This document shows, in pieces, positions 1-9,800 of a stretch of 64,000 nt of DNA. The notes beneath the pieces were generated by a model. The model ran no database searches. It was not told the DNA's origin and saw only the letters and a program-made list of their open reading frames with translations. Origin of the DNA: Candidatus Altiarchaeales archaeon (lineage in GTDB: Archaea; Altiarchaeota; Altiarchaeia; IMC4; SCGC-AAA252-I15); assembly GCA_014727915.1 (NCBI GenBank), contig WJMO01000008.1, positions 21,869-85,868 on the forward strand. Reading direction: 5' to 3'. The translations under genes were made by a program, and so were the position numbers. Within the stretch, counting starts at the first letter, position 1. Every line of letters begins with the position of its first letter.

Positions 1-405
1 CAAGCCCTTGTCTCCCGCGTTGTCGCTCACTTCTATCACGCACGCCATCCCAGGAGGCGGGGGATCAACCACAAAGGCGGCATAGACCCGGCCCTTTATG
101 GTGGACTCTTCCCGGAGTGTTGTGAAATCCGCTTCCAACCGGTCTGAGAAGCCACCAGCAGAAGGAGCCCCCATGAACGCGGAAGCCGATTTTATGTCCA
201 TCATGCTGTTAAGGTCCTCGGCCACGCCCGCACACCAGACCACCCCGTATTCAGACGGCGGCGACGACCTGACGTCATACACCTTAGGGAGGCTGTTTAT
301 GATCTTGACCTTCAGATCGGCAGCCTGGCACGAGACTGGAGATGCTGAGAAAGACAGAAGAACCAAAGCCGCGGAGAGAACACCCCAAGCCCCCAGACGG
401 TCCAT
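1..405 (-). CDS. partial secreted protein (N-terminus only; continues beyond window start)
   Basis: Reverse-strand translation from the ATG at the complement of 403-405 gives MDRLGAWGVLSAALVLLSFSASPVSCQAADLKV..., a hydrophobic signal peptide followed by an open frame to position 1. It is not in the ORF track because it runs off the window edge. Confidence 0.45.
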   Translation of the reverse strand, partial: MDRLGAWGVLSAALVLLSFSASPVSCQAADLKVKIINSLPKVYDVRSSPPSEYGVVWCAGVAEDLNSMMDIKSASAFMGAPSAGGFSDRLEADFTTLREESTIKGRVYAAFVVDPPPPGMACVIEVSDNAGDKGL

Positions 406-412
406 AACAGTC

Positions 413-1281
413 CTATATTAGAATTGGCGTAATATAAACCTCAATAAAAGCCGAGAGTAAAAGCACCAGGAGGGACAGTATCACAAGGTCCAGGGAGTCC
501 CTGACAACCCTCCAGAACTCCTCTGACCTGAAGTGGTGGCAGACAACAGCCGACGAGATTATCCCCCCAGCCAAGGCACCCAGGAAATAGCTGGCCACCT
601 CGGGTATCCCGTGTACCATGTAGCCCAAGCCCACGGGCAATACGCTGAAGTAGTTTATCAGAACGTTACTGTGACCGTATCCTGCCAGCACCTGGATGCC
701 CTCCCGTACGACATTGCCTATCGCAACCCCTATGACGGAAGCGTTCCATGTGAGTATGAATATAGCCCCCGCACCATAGAGGAAGGAGAACAGTATGCAG
801 AAGGCGAGGACTCGTAGGTTGTTCTTGACTATCGCCTCCAACCTCAAAGACTTGAACTCCTCGAAAGCAGTTGCCGAACCTATGGACCTCATCCTGCCAT
901 GTATGACCGAAAGCGTCTCTATCTGGGATCCGAACGCCTTGTTCACCGTGTCCTCCGGGAGGAACGTGAACCAGAAGGAGTAGGCAGCGACCAAGCCGAT
1001 GAACAGGTATATGAAGAAGTACAGTATGTGCATGTGCTCCTTCATGAGCTTCGACTCCGAGCATATCCTAAGGTCCTTCTCCTCCTCGCACTTGATAGCC
1101 CGGTACATGACCACCACAAGCGGCAAGGTCGTGAGGAAGATGCCGACGATGCTGGAATACTTTCCGAAAACCCACAAACCAAGGAACAAGCCGATGGACG
1201 CGTAGGTGAAGCCTATTATGAACATCCTCTTAGGATGCCGCTCCCATCTCTCAGGGACCACAACAGACTCCAAGACCATAA
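413..1281 (-). CDS. SpoIIM/DUF95-like polytopic membrane protein
   Basis: The C-terminal 290 aa of ORF 413..1609 are hydrophobic with a HGIPE-containing segment typical of the SpoIIM family. The first ~110 codons of the ORF are low-complexity and overlap the 1320..1793 gene, so the start was moved to the internal Met (MVLESVV). Confidence 0.5.
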
Positions 1282-1319
1282 TGTAATGATATATGAGGGA
1301 GGAGATATAATTTATAACA

Positions 1320-1793
1320 ATGCCAGGCGCTGTCGAAGAACGATTGGACGAGCTGATAGGAAAAGACCACGGCAAGATAGGGCCGGGGGAATACCTGAAA
1401 AGAATAGACAGCATATTCCCCAGAGACGATGTGACACCAGTTGACCTCCAATGGGCATATGATAACCTGTTAGAAACACGCGGGGGAGAAGAGACCTTCC
1501 GGGCTGTGGGACAGCAGCTGAACAGGCTGCACAGCCAGGACAACACACGCGGAAAATGCGTTGACAGTCTGAGGAGGCTATCCCTGGGCAACCCCATGTA
1601 CGAGACCATATGGGGCTATGAGATCTGGGAACACCTAAACGACAACCTCCGGATGACGGTGGTCAGGACACAAGTGCACGAAGCAGAGCGCGGCAGAAAC
1701 TCTACAGACTACGTGGCCCCAGAGGAGTTCATCCAAAGCAGGATAAACGCAGAATACCGTAACCAACTCTTAAGATTGAAGAAGAAACACTAA
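1320..1793 (+). CDS. hypothetical protein
   Basis: 157-aa ORF with protein-like composition. No recognisable motif. Confidence 0.4.
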   Translation: MPGAVEERLDELIGKDHGKIGPGEYLKRIDSIFPRDDVTPVDLQWAYDNLLETRGGEETFRAVGQQLNRLHSQDNTRGKCVDSLRRLSLGNPMYETIWGYEIWEHLNDNLRMTVVRTQVHEAERGRNSTDYVAPEEFIQSRINAEYRNQLLRLKKKH

Positions 1794-3055
1794 ACCTCCT
1801 CAAGCGCGCGCATGACATTCAAGACTTTCTGATCTTCTAAGGGTTTGCCCATCACGTGCAAGCCGGTTGGTATGCCATCGACTTTCCCTGCTGGGACGCT
1901 GCCTGCCGGAAGCCCCGCCAGGTTCGCGGGGGTGGTGAAGATGTCATAGGCGTACATCACCCGGGGATCGGTTATCTCATCGCCAAGCCTATGGGGGAGC
2001 TTCGGGACAACAGGGCCGACCAGGACATCCACGCCCCCCAACGCAGCCTCCAAGTCAGACCTTATGAGAGACCGGGCCTGCAACGCCTTCCGATAGTATC
2101 TCCCGCTGTATTCCTTCTGGCTTATGTACCTGCCCAACAGTATGCGCCTGAGAACCTCCTCGCCGCACACATCCTCTATCCTTTTACCATACCTTCGGCC
2201 GTCGAACTTGCGGGTAGCGCTGAAGAACTCCACATAGACGTTCAAATAATAGGTTGGGAGAGCCAGGTCAAGGTTCGGCAGGCTGACGTCCACCACCTCC
2301 GCTCCAAGGGAGGACAGCCTGTCAACGGCAGAGTGAACAACCCTGCCAATCCCCTTGTCAGATATGAAATCGTCGAATTCCCCGGCATACCCGAGGCGCA
2401 TGCCCTTAACGTCCGGGTCAAGCTTGGATGAGAACTTGCCAGGACCGTCTGATATCGAAGTTGCATCCCTGCTGTCATATCCTGACACCACATCCAACAG
2501 CAACGCGGCAGTCTCCACGTCCCTGGCCAGCGGCCCGATCTGGTCCAAGCTCATGGCCAAGTCGATGAGACCATACCTGGAGACGAGCCCATAGGTGGGC
2601 TTGAAGCCGACGACCCCGCAGTGGGATGCAGGGTTGCGTATGCTTCCCCCCGTGTCGGAACCCAACGCACAGTCGACAAATCCGGCCGCAACCGCAGCAG
2701 CGCACCCGCTGCTGGAACCGCCTGGTATCCTGCCCTCAGCCGACGGATTCTGAGTCACACCATAATATGACGTCTCGCCCGAGCCACCGCATGCGAACTC
2801 GTCCATGTTGGCCATGCCAAGGATATAACCGCCCTCAGCCTTCAAACGCTCTATTACACAGGCATCGTAGGGTGAGATGTAGTCCTCCAGAGTCTTGGAA
2901 CCCGCAGACGCGAGAAGACCCTCAACGCAGATGTTGGACTTCACCGCAACAGACAATCCACCCAGACAGCCCCCACCGCCCAGGGTGAACCCCTCGTTGA
3001 AAGCGATGAACGAGTTGACCCGCCGGTCAGACTCCCTGACATCCTCCAGGTCCAT
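1790..3055 (-). CDS. gatA: amidase-family protein, likely Glu-tRNA(Gln) amidotransferase subunit A
   Basis: Amidase signature GGSSSGCAAAVAAG and GxSxG-rich core. 421 aa. Confidence 0.8.
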   Translation of the reverse strand: MDLEDVRESDRRVNSFIAFNEGFTLGGGGCLGGLSVAVKSNICVEGLLASAGSKTLEDYISPYDACVIERLKAEGGYILGMANMDEFACGGSGETSYYGVTQNPSAEGRIPGGSSSGCAAAVAAGFVDCALGSDTGGSIRNPASHCGVVGFKPTYGLVSRYGLIDLAMSLDQIGPLARDVETAALLLDVVSGYDSRDATSISDGPGKFSSKLDPDVKGMRLGYAGEFDDFISDKGIGRVVHSAVDRLSSLGAEVVDVSLPNLDLALPTYYLNVYVEFFSATRKFDGRRYGKRIEDVCGEEVLRRILLGRYISQKEYSGRYYRKALQARSLIRSDLEAALGGVDVLVGPVVPKLPHRLGDEITDPRVMYAYDIFTTPANLAGLPAGSVPAGKVDGIPTGLHVMGKPLEDQKVLNVMRALEEV

Positions 3056-3094
3056 ATCCCTATAGATTAAGTAAGACGTATAAAAAACACGATT

Positions 3095-3331
3095 TCAGAA
3101 CACGCCAGCCTTCCTCAGGAAAAACGCGACAAACCACGTTAAAATGCCCGCAGCAACGAGTATGAATCCCATCTCCTGGAACTGATTGCTTATGACGGCG
3201 GTGTCCATTTCACCCAGTGAGATTATCCTCACAGAGACCAGATAGCCGAAGCTCATGAAAAAAGCGCCTAATAGTACCAGGCCAACGGACATTATGGACT
3301 CGAGCAACCTCATACTAGAACACCTGCTCAC
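3095..3331 (-). CDS. small membrane protein (2 TM)
   Basis: 78-aa ORF with two hydrophobic helices, immediately downstream of and overlapping the KaiC-like gene. Confidence 0.35.
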   Translation of the reverse strand: MSRCSSMRLLESIMSVGLVLLGAFFMSFGYLVSVRIISLGEMDTAVISNQFQEMGFILVAAGILTWFVAFFLRKAGVF

Positions 3332-4079
3332 CCGGCATTATCTTTATCCCTTCCCCGGTTATCATATAGGATACCAGCTCTTTCACATGGTCCGAGCACC
3401 TCAACTTGAGGATCTCCAATGCCCGCCTCCGTACCTGGCCCTTGCGGAGGTTGTAGAAGACTATGACACCGTCAACGAGGAACTCCTCGATGCCCGTCTT
3501 GCTGTAGAGGCTCGGGTCCTGTTCGGACTCGCAGATAAGGAAATTCAGAGAATTATGCTGGTTAAGAGAGTCCACCAGCGCCTGTATGTATATCCGGTAG
3601 TGGTCCTTGTTCGTGAAAGCAGCCTCCAAGGTAGAAACCGAATCCAACACTATCCTGTCCGGCTTGAAGGGCATCTTAACAGACCTTGAATCCACCAGCG
3701 AGAGAGAGTCATGCCCGTCGAATAGGGAGCGGTCTATGGACGAGCGCTTCTGCCGGTTCACTATCAATGAGGTCACATCCTCCGCCAGATAGAATGGGTC
3801 GACCTTCTGGAGTGATAGAAGGCCCTTCTCCTCCAGGGAAGCTAGATCCCAGCCGAAGTTGTTGATCATGTTGGCTCTGATCTTCTCAACATCCTCGCTC
3901 AAGGATATGAACATCCCCTTCTCGCCAGCCAAAGCCCCATTGTAGAGGGACTGCAGCGTGAAAACCGTCTTACCGACCCCGCATCCGCCCGACACAAGAA
4001 CAGTGTTACCCGCCTCTATGCCCCCCTTCTCGATGAGGTCGTCAAAGGAGGAAACACGGGTTTTAAGGTATTCTGTCAC
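3315..4079 (-). CDS. KaiC-like RecA-superfamily ATPase (single domain)
   Basis: Walker A motif GGCGVGKT and a KaiC/RadA-like layout. 254 aa. Confidence 0.8.
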   Translation of the reverse strand: MTEYLKTRVSSFDDLIEKGGIEAGNTVLVSGGCGVGKTVFTLQSLYNGALAGEKGMFISLSEDVEKIRANMINNFGWDLASLEEKGLLSLQKVDPFYLAEDVTSLIVNRQKRSSIDRSLFDGHDSLSLVDSRSVKMPFKPDRIVLDSVSTLEAAFTNKDHYRIYIQALVDSLNQHNSLNFLICESEQDPSLYSKTGIEEFLVDGVIVFYNLRKGQVRRRALEILKLRCSDHVKELVSYMITGEGIKIMPGEQVF

Positions 4080-4147
4080 TGGAAACCACCGATTAGGTAT
4101 TCATTTGATTCAGTATAAATAAGCCTGATTACAAATCATATCTTAGA

Positions 4148-5218
4148 ATGCGGTGGACGGCATTGGCGGTGTTTGTGCTGCTGGCAGGAGCAGCGTCGGG
4201 CGAGAACGTTTACAAGCAGGAACCCCTATGGAGCTACACCTTCGAGGGTAAGGTCAACTCGCTGCGAGCGCAAAACGACTCCGTCATCGTGGGAGGGGAA
4301 GACGGGATACACTCCCTGGGATATTCCAGGACGTTGAGGTGGAGCCATGACACCGAATACGCGGTCACCTCAATACTGGCTAACGGGGAGATAACCGCCG
4401 CGTCTTCAGACGGTTACGTGAGGGCCTTCAGCCAGGCGGGGACCATGCTCTGGGAGAGGACAATACCTGGCTACGTGAACTACGTGGACGCCGTTGACTC
4501 GGGGGAGGGGGGGATAATCTGCGGTTCGATGGACGGGTTCGTCTACATGCTCGACAAAGAGGGGGTTTTCAAGTGGAAGAGGCTAATAGGAAGCTACGTG
4601 GTCAAGACCAGGATACTATCGGACAGGATCGTGGCGGTGTCGGACAGGCAAGTGTACATACTGGACTTGGACGGGACCGTCCGCAGGGTATTGAACATCA
4701 CAGGCTACATACTCTCCTCGGGAGTAGAGGAGGACAGGATAGCTGTGGGATTGGACGACGGTGTACTGTACGTGTTCAACAGGAGCGGCGACCTGCTGTG
4801 GAACCAGAACATCGGCAGCAGAGTCGACCAGATACACGTTGGAGGCGAGATAATCGTGGCCTCCAAAGACGGTAGGATGGCCCTCTACAGCCTTGGCGGT
4901 GAGAGGATGTGGGTGCGGGAGCTGGGAGCTGCGGTCGTATCACTTGAATCAGACGGCGAATACATCCTGACAGGCACGTCAGACAACAAGGTCCACCTAT
5001 ACGACATGAAGGGCAACATAAGATGGTTCTATGAGACTAACGGGAAGCCCACTAGGGTGTCCCTGAACGAGAGGAACATCATCTCCGGCACACAGACGGG
5101 CAGGGTCTACTATTCGAAGCTGCCCAAGAGAGACGTCAAAGTATCGTTTATGCTGGCAGCCACCATAATATTGCTGGTGGGAACTGCGATAGTGGTGGTT
5201 TCAAGGAGTTGGAGGTGA
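4148..5218 (+). CDS. PQQ-repeat beta-propeller protein with signal peptide and C-terminal TM anchor
   Basis: N-terminal signal MRWTALAVFVLLAGAASG. Repeated G-x-V/L-Y-x-L-D / DG-x-x-W motifs. C-terminal hydrophobic anchor LAATIILLVGTAIVVV. Confidence 0.7.
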   Translation: MRWTALAVFVLLAGAASGENVYKQEPLWSYTFEGKVNSLRAQNDSVIVGGEDGIHSLGYSRTLRWSHDTEYAVTSILANGEITAASSDGYVRAFSQAGTMLWERTIPGYVNYVDAVDSGEGGIICGSMDGFVYMLDKEGVFKWKRLIGSYVVKTRILSDRIVAVSDRQVYILDLDGTVRRVLNITGYILSSGVEEDRIAVGLDDGVLYVFNRSGDLLWNQNIGSRVDQIHVGGEIIVASKDGRMALYSLGGERMWVRELGAAVVSLESDGEYILTGTSDNKVHLYDMKGNIRWFYETNGKPTRVSLNERNIISGTQTGRVYYSKLPKRDVKVSFMLAATIILLVGTAIVVVSRSWR

Positions 5219-6396
5219 AAGGAAAGATGGAAGTCGGCATCGTGGGGAAGCCAAACGTGGGGAAGAGCACCCTGTTCAAGTCCTTGACCCTCGCCGACAC
5301 GGAGATAGCAGCGTTCCCCTTCACAACCATAAAAGCCAACATAGGCGTAGGATACGTCAGGTCCAGGTGCCCCTGCGCAAGCCGCGGGAGAGCATGCAAC
5401 CCCAACAACTCAATATGCAAGGCAGGAGAGAGGTTCACTCCGGTGAAGGTTATAGACGTGGCGGGGCTCGTCCCCGGGGCCCACGAGGGAAGGGGATTGG
5501 GGAACCAGTTCCTAGACGACCTCAGGCAGGCGGACGTGCTCATACACGTGGTGGACATCTCGGGCAGGACCGACGACAAGGGCGAGCCGACGGAAGGTCA
5601 CGACCCCGAAGAGGACATACGATTCCTGGAGGACGAGGTGAACCTCTGGTTCGCGGCCATCGTGAAGAGGAACTGGGCTACGGTTAAGAACAGGATAAAA
5701 TACGAGCGCAAGAAGCTTATAGCAGAGCTGATGAACGTCCTCAGCGGCTTGGGCGTGGGCGAGAAGCACGTGAAGGAATCCATAGACGCCGCGGGACTGT
5801 CGGGCGAGAGCGAGTGGAGTGAAGAGGACTGCGAACGGTTCGCGATAGCGTTGAGGGAGATCTCGAAGCCCATACTAGTGGCAGCCAACAAGATAGACCT
5901 GGGGAGGGACAACTACGAGAGGCTGAAGGGAGAGTATGACATGGTGCCAGTGTGCGCGGAGGCGGAGCTCGCACTCCGGGAGGCGGACATCCACGGACTC
6001 ATAGAATACACGCCGGGAGACGGGGAATTCAAGATCGTGGGCGAAATCGACGACAAGAGAGCCAAGGCTCTGGAATTCATAAGGGAAAGGATACTCAAAG
6101 CCTACGGGAACACCGGCGTCCAAGACACGCTCAACAAGGCAGTCTACGACATACTCGGACTCATCACCGTCTACCCGGTGGAGAACGAGGGCAAACTGGA
6201 GGACGGGAAAGGAAACGTCCTGCCCGACAGCTATCTCATGCCCGAAGGCTCGACCGCCCTGGACCTCGCCTACAGGATACACACCGACATCGGGGAGAAG
6301 TTCATCGGCGCAATAGACTGCAACACCAAGATGAAAGTCGGGAAAGACCACCAGCTGAAAGACTGCGATGTGATAAAGATAATCAGCGGACGATGA
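5209..6396 (+). CDS. Obg/YchF/DRG-class P-loop GTPase with C-terminal TGS domain
   Basis: G1 motif GIVGKPNVGKST. DVAGLV segment and NKID G4 motif. C-terminal TGS-like beta-grasp segment. A Cys-rich insert CPCASRGRACNPNNSIC is also present. Confidence 0.8.
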   Translation: MEVKGKMEVGIVGKPNVGKSTLFKSLTLADTEIAAFPFTTIKANIGVGYVRSRCPCASRGRACNPNNSICKAGERFTPVKVIDVAGLVPGAHEGRGLGNQFLDDLRQADVLIHVVDISGRTDDKGEPTEGHDPEEDIRFLEDEVNLWFAAIVKRNWATVKNRIKYERKKLIAELMNVLSGLGVGEKHVKESIDAAGLSGESEWSEEDCERFAIALREISKPILVAANKIDLGRDNYERLKGEYDMVPVCAEAELALREADIHGLIEYTPGDGEFKIVGEIDDKRAKALEFIRERILKAYGNTGVQDTLNKAVYDILGLITVYPVENEGKLEDGKGNVLPDSYLMPEGSTALDLAYRIHTDIGEKFIGAIDCNTKMKVGKDHQLKDCDVIKIISGR

Positions 6397-6932
6397 ATTC
6401 GGTGAATAAGAAGTGCATTATCCTGTGTCTGGCCGTTCTAGCCGTGGTCTTGCTTGCGCTCTGGCAGCTTGGTCTCTTCAACAGAGGGTGCATGACATGC
6501 ACCTTCGGCGATGAGCTGTTCGGACCTAGAGTATTGTATGAGAGTTGCAGGTGCAGGACAGCCTATTATGACACATGGACTGACGAAGATGGAGTCTTCC
6601 AATCAGTATTCTACAGCAGGCACATGCATGGGAGGGTCACCATATCAGCCGAGGATGCGAAGGTGTCAACGACTGACAATAGGATACCCTACGACAACAG
6701 GACCATGTGCAAGACCGTGACATTCAACAAGACCGTGCTGGAAGGGGGAGAGGCAGTCCTGGTCAGGGCCGAGGGGTGCGGGAAGGGGATACCGACAGAG
6801 CACGTCAACGTATACTGGAGGGTGCCTGTCGTCGCTGACTACTCCTACGTCAACGGAAAGTCCAACCTTTCAAGGCAGGAATGGAGAACAGAACCGCACG
6901 ACAGCATCCCAGGCAAACTGATGGTCAAATAA
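6393..6932 (+). CDS. membrane-anchored extracytoplasmic protein, Cys-containing (hypothetical)
   Basis: Starts at an ATGA overlap with the GTPase stop. Begins MNSVNKKCIILCLAVLAVVLLALWQ (TM/signal anchor) and carries several Cys. The upstream part of ORF 5952..6932 is a shadow frame. Confidence 0.5.
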   Translation: MNSVNKKCIILCLAVLAVVLLALWQLGLFNRGCMTCTFGDELFGPRVLYESCRCRTAYYDTWTDEDGVFQSVFYSRHMHGRVTISAEDAKVSTTDNRIPYDNRTMCKTVTFNKTVLEGGEAVLVRAEGCGKGIPTEHVNVYWRVPVVADYSYVNGKSNLSRQEWRTEPHDSIPGKLMVK

Positions 6933-6953
6933 TATAAATTATTTATATTTTTT

Positions 6954-7715
6954 TCATAATAGTTTTGAAAGCTTGTCTCGGCTGATCTTTATGTAGTCCC
7001 GGTCCTCGCTGTGCACCTCCAAGGTGATTCCCCCGTCGTAGCCAACAGACTTCAGCTCATCAACCACGCCCCGGTAGTCTATGGTGCCGACGCCCAAGGG
7101 CAGATGGTCGTCCCGCTCCCCGAAGTTGTCGTGTAGGTGAACATTCATCAGCCGGTCCGTGAACTTCTGTATCAGGGTGCGGGCGTGGTCGATGTTGCCC
7201 GCGCCCATGACCGCGTGGCCCACGTCCAATGTGAAGCCAAGGCCGGGCACCAGCTCGAAAAGGCTCTGGAGCTCGTCGGTGGACATGTGCTGCCTCTCGA
7301 AGTTCTCAAAGCATATCCTGATCCCGTGCGATCTCGCGGCATCGCACAACACAGTAAGGGACTCGGACGTCAAAGAGACTATGTCCTCCATCTTCCGCCT
7401 CAACTTGAGGAAGTCCGGGTGCACGGTCATTATCTCAATGCCGAACTCGGCAGCCGCGGATATGACATCCAAGGACTCCTCGACGAACGCCCTCCGCACC
7501 TTCCCATAGGGTGAGGCGAACTGGAAGCACCAGGGCATGTGGCCTGTGAAGGGAAGGCCGAAGCCCAAAAGCTCATCCCTGGAAGACAACACCTCGGAAA
7601 CGTAAGACCGGGTGGCCTCGATTGTAAGCTCCACATAGTCCAACCCATACTCCTTGAACAAACGCACCTCTTCAACGGGATCGTTATGGGGGTTGTTCAT
7701 GGCCCCAACCCTCAT
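6954..7715 (-). CDS. xylose isomerase-like TIM-barrel protein (sugar-phosphate isomerase/epimerase family)
   Basis: 253-aa protein with a beta/alpha barrel pattern and conserved H/D/E metal-ligand spacing (HLHDN..E..H). Confidence 0.65.
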   Translation of the reverse strand: MRVGAMNNPHNDPVEEVRLFKEYGLDYVELTIEATRSYVSEVLSSRDELLGFGLPFTGHMPWCFQFASPYGKVRRAFVEESLDVISAAAEFGIEIMTVHPDFLKLRRKMEDIVSLTSESLTVLCDAARSHGIRICFENFERQHMSTDELQSLFELVPGLGFTLDVGHAVMGAGNIDHARTLIQKFTDRLMNVHLHDNFGERDDHLPLGVGTIDYRGVVDELKSVGYDGGITLEVHSEDRDYIKISRDKLSKLL

Positions 7716-8212
7716 AATACCCCCTCCAGCTTCAACAGCCTCTTCTTCAAGGCGGAACCGCCCCTGAAACCGCCTATGTCCCTGGAGCCAACGACCCGGT
7801 GGCAGGGTATGAGTATGGGCGTGGGGTTCTCATTCAAAGCATTTCCCACCGCACGGGCAGCCTTCGGCATTCCAAGAGCCTCGGCGACCTCCCGGTAGGT
7901 GAGAGTCTTCCCATATGGTATCTTACGGACCACGCGCCACACCATCTTCTGAAAGCCAGTGGAGTATGTCAAGTCCAGCTCATAGCCTGAAAAGTCAACC
8001 ACCCTGCCGTTATAGTACCTTGCGAGGTCGGACTCCAACGCCATCAACTCCCGGGAGCTCGTGTACTCGCCGCCGGTGATTTCGTCCGCCTGCCTGACTA
8101 TCTTGGGCCTGCTGCGGGAGGGCAGGGTCACATTCGAAACACCCAACCCTCTTGAAGCTATGGCAACCCATCCGAACCGCGTGTTGAAAACCCTCGCGAA
8201 CATCTCACTCAC
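7712..8212 (-). CDS. ogt: methylated-DNA--protein-cysteine methyltransferase
   Basis: Active-site motif IPCHRVV and the C-terminal DNA-binding domain. Confidence 0.85.
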   Translation of the reverse strand: MSEMFARVFNTRFGWVAIASRGLGVSNVTLPSRSRPKIVRQADEITGGEYTSSRELMALESDLARYYNGRVVDFSGYELDLTYSTGFQKMVWRVVRKIPYGKTLTYREVAEALGMPKAARAVGNALNENPTPILIPCHRVVGSRDIGGFRGGSALKKRLLKLEGVL

Positions 8213-8585
8213 ATCCCTTCTTCAACTGGTTGAAAAGCACGTCCATGCCGTCCGCATCCCTGGCGGGGCTGGCAGGCGAACCTGTGAACGGGCACAGGTA
8301 GACTGTGTTCTCTCCCGCCGTCTCCATATGCCTGAGCCTCAGGCACTCCCAAATGTACCTGCCGGCCTTGGACGCTTCCAAGACGCTGACGAACGGGACC
8401 CTGTTGAACCTGCCGTTCGTTGCGGACGTCCCTCCATGATATAACACCTTATCAGTCAATATAAGCAGCTCCGGGCGGTTGCCTGCAGCGTGAAACAGGC
8501 TGGAACGCACTAGAACCCGCATTACATGCAGGAAATCAGCCTCGCCCGCCTCGTCCAACACCATGTTCAAGTCCACATATGGCAT
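8205..8585 (-). CDS. hypothetical protein
   Basis: 126-aa ORF lying in the operon between pdxT and ogt, with overlapping stop/start. Confidence 0.4.
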   Translation of the reverse strand: MPYVDLNMVLDEAGEADFLHVMRVLVRSSLFHAAGNRPELLILTDKVLYHGGTSATNGRFNRVPFVSVLEASKAGRYIWECLRLRHMETAGENTVYLCPFTGSPASPARDADGMDVLFNQLKKGCE

Positions 8586-8586
8586 C

Positions 8587-9177
8587 TCATATCATCTCCA
8601 GGAAATACTCGTGCAAGCGCGTGTCACATGTAAGCTCAGGATGGAACGCTGAAGCGAGGATGTCACCCTGCCTAGCCAACACCACCTTTCCCCCGTGCTC
8701 GCATAGGCATTCACACCCGCCCCAGACCCTCTCAAAAGCGGGAGCCCTTATGAACACCCCCGGGAACACGCCGCCGCCCAAGACGGGTATGTCCAATTCC
8801 GCCTCGAAGCTCTCCCTCTGGCGGCCGTATGCGTTCCTCAGGACAAGAGCATCCATCAAACCCAGGAGCGACTGTCCCTCCTTCAGATTATCACCTTCCC
8901 TAGACAGAAGGACCATGCCCGCGCAGGTGCCGAATATGGGTATTGACTCGGCAACCTCGAGGACTGCCCTGTCCAGGCGGTACTCGCGCATAAGCTTCCC
9001 AACTGTGGTGCTCTCACCCCCGGGTATCACAAGCGCGGAGAGGGAACCGATGGACCCTGGAGTCCGGACCGCCACCACATCAGCATCCAAGCCGAGGGAC
9101 CCGACAGCAGCCTCCAAGGAGCGAACATGCTCGGTAACGTCGCCCTGAACGTCCAGAACACCCAACTTCATCACCAC
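8587..9177 (-). CDS. pdxT: pyridoxal 5'-phosphate synthase glutaminase subunit
   Basis: Class I glutamine amidotransferase with Cys-His-Glu triad context (GTCAG, FHPE). Confidence 0.85.
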   Translation of the reverse strand: MVMKLGVLDVQGDVTEHVRSLEAAVGSLGLDADVVAVRTPGSIGSLSALVIPGGESTTVGKLMREYRLDRAVLEVAESIPIFGTCAGMVLLSREGDNLKEGQSLLGLMDALVLRNAYGRQRESFEAELDIPVLGGGVFPGVFIRAPAFERVWGGCECLCEHGGKVVLARQGDILASAFHPELTCDTRLHEYFLEMI

Positions 9178-9182
9178 ATATA

Positions 9183-9800
9183 ATGCAGGAAAAGCTTAAT
9201 AATATGAGCATGAACAAGGTCGAGGAGTTCAGGAGATACATCAGGGTAACCAACATAGACGAGATCGCGCGCAGGTATTTCGTAATGAACGCATTCGACG
9301 GCGCTCTGACCATGCTGGGAATACTAGTAGGCGCATTCCTTTCAGGGACCACAGACTTCCACGTTATCATAGCCGCCGGGATGGGAGCCAGCATCGCAAT
9401 GGGCATGTCCGGGATGAGCGGGGCCTACATGACCGAGCGAGCGGAGCGGAAGAGGGAGCTGAGGGAACTGGAGGACGCCATGCTCCTGGACCTGGACGAG
9501 ACCATGCACGGGAAGGCGGGTAGGTTCGCGTCCGTTTTCACCGCTCTCGTGGACGGGGTAAGCCCGGCGCTATCAGCGTTCCTGATACTATCGCCTTTCA
9601 TCCTGGTTAAGTACTCCGCCATAGAGTACTGGAGCGCATACAGGTACTCGATGTCCATAACGGCCCTGGTACTGTTCTCCCTCGGCGCCTACCTCGCGAG
9701 GATAAGCGGGGATTCAAAGCTCTTCTACGGAGGGCAGATGGTTCTGGTGGGTTTGATAACGGCTGTGGTGATATTCCTCATAGATGCAAGCCCCCTCTAA
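9183..9800 (+). CDS. VIT1/CCC1-family membrane protein (putative Fe/Mn transporter)
   Basis: Motif NAFDGALTMLGILVG and multiple TM helices. 205 aa. Confidence 0.6.
   Translation: MQEKLNNMSMNKVEEFRRYIRVTNIDEIARRYFVMNAFDGALTMLGILVGAFLSGTTDFHVIIAAGMGASIAMGMSGMSGAYMTERAERKRELRELEDAMLLDLDETMHGKAGRFASVFTALVDGVSPALSAFLILSPFILVKYSAIEYWSAYRYSMSITALVLFSLGAYLARISGDSKLFYGGQMVLVGLITAVVIFLIDASPL

Noticed and set aside
98-421. ORF-track CDS on + strand (107 aa)
   Set aside because: Low-complexity, Ala/Ser/Arg-rich translation. The opposite strand carries a much more convincing signal-peptide-containing gene that runs off the window edge.
1282-1609. N-terminal 110 codons of ORF 413..1609
   Set aside because: Non-protein-like sequence (SSNRSSTAPGIV...) that overlaps the convincing + strand gene 1320..1793. 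The start was moved to the internal Met.
5952-6392. Upstream extension of ORF 5952..6932
   Set aside because: Arg/Gly/His-rich shadow frame overlapping the well-supported GTPase gene. The real start is the ATG at 6393.
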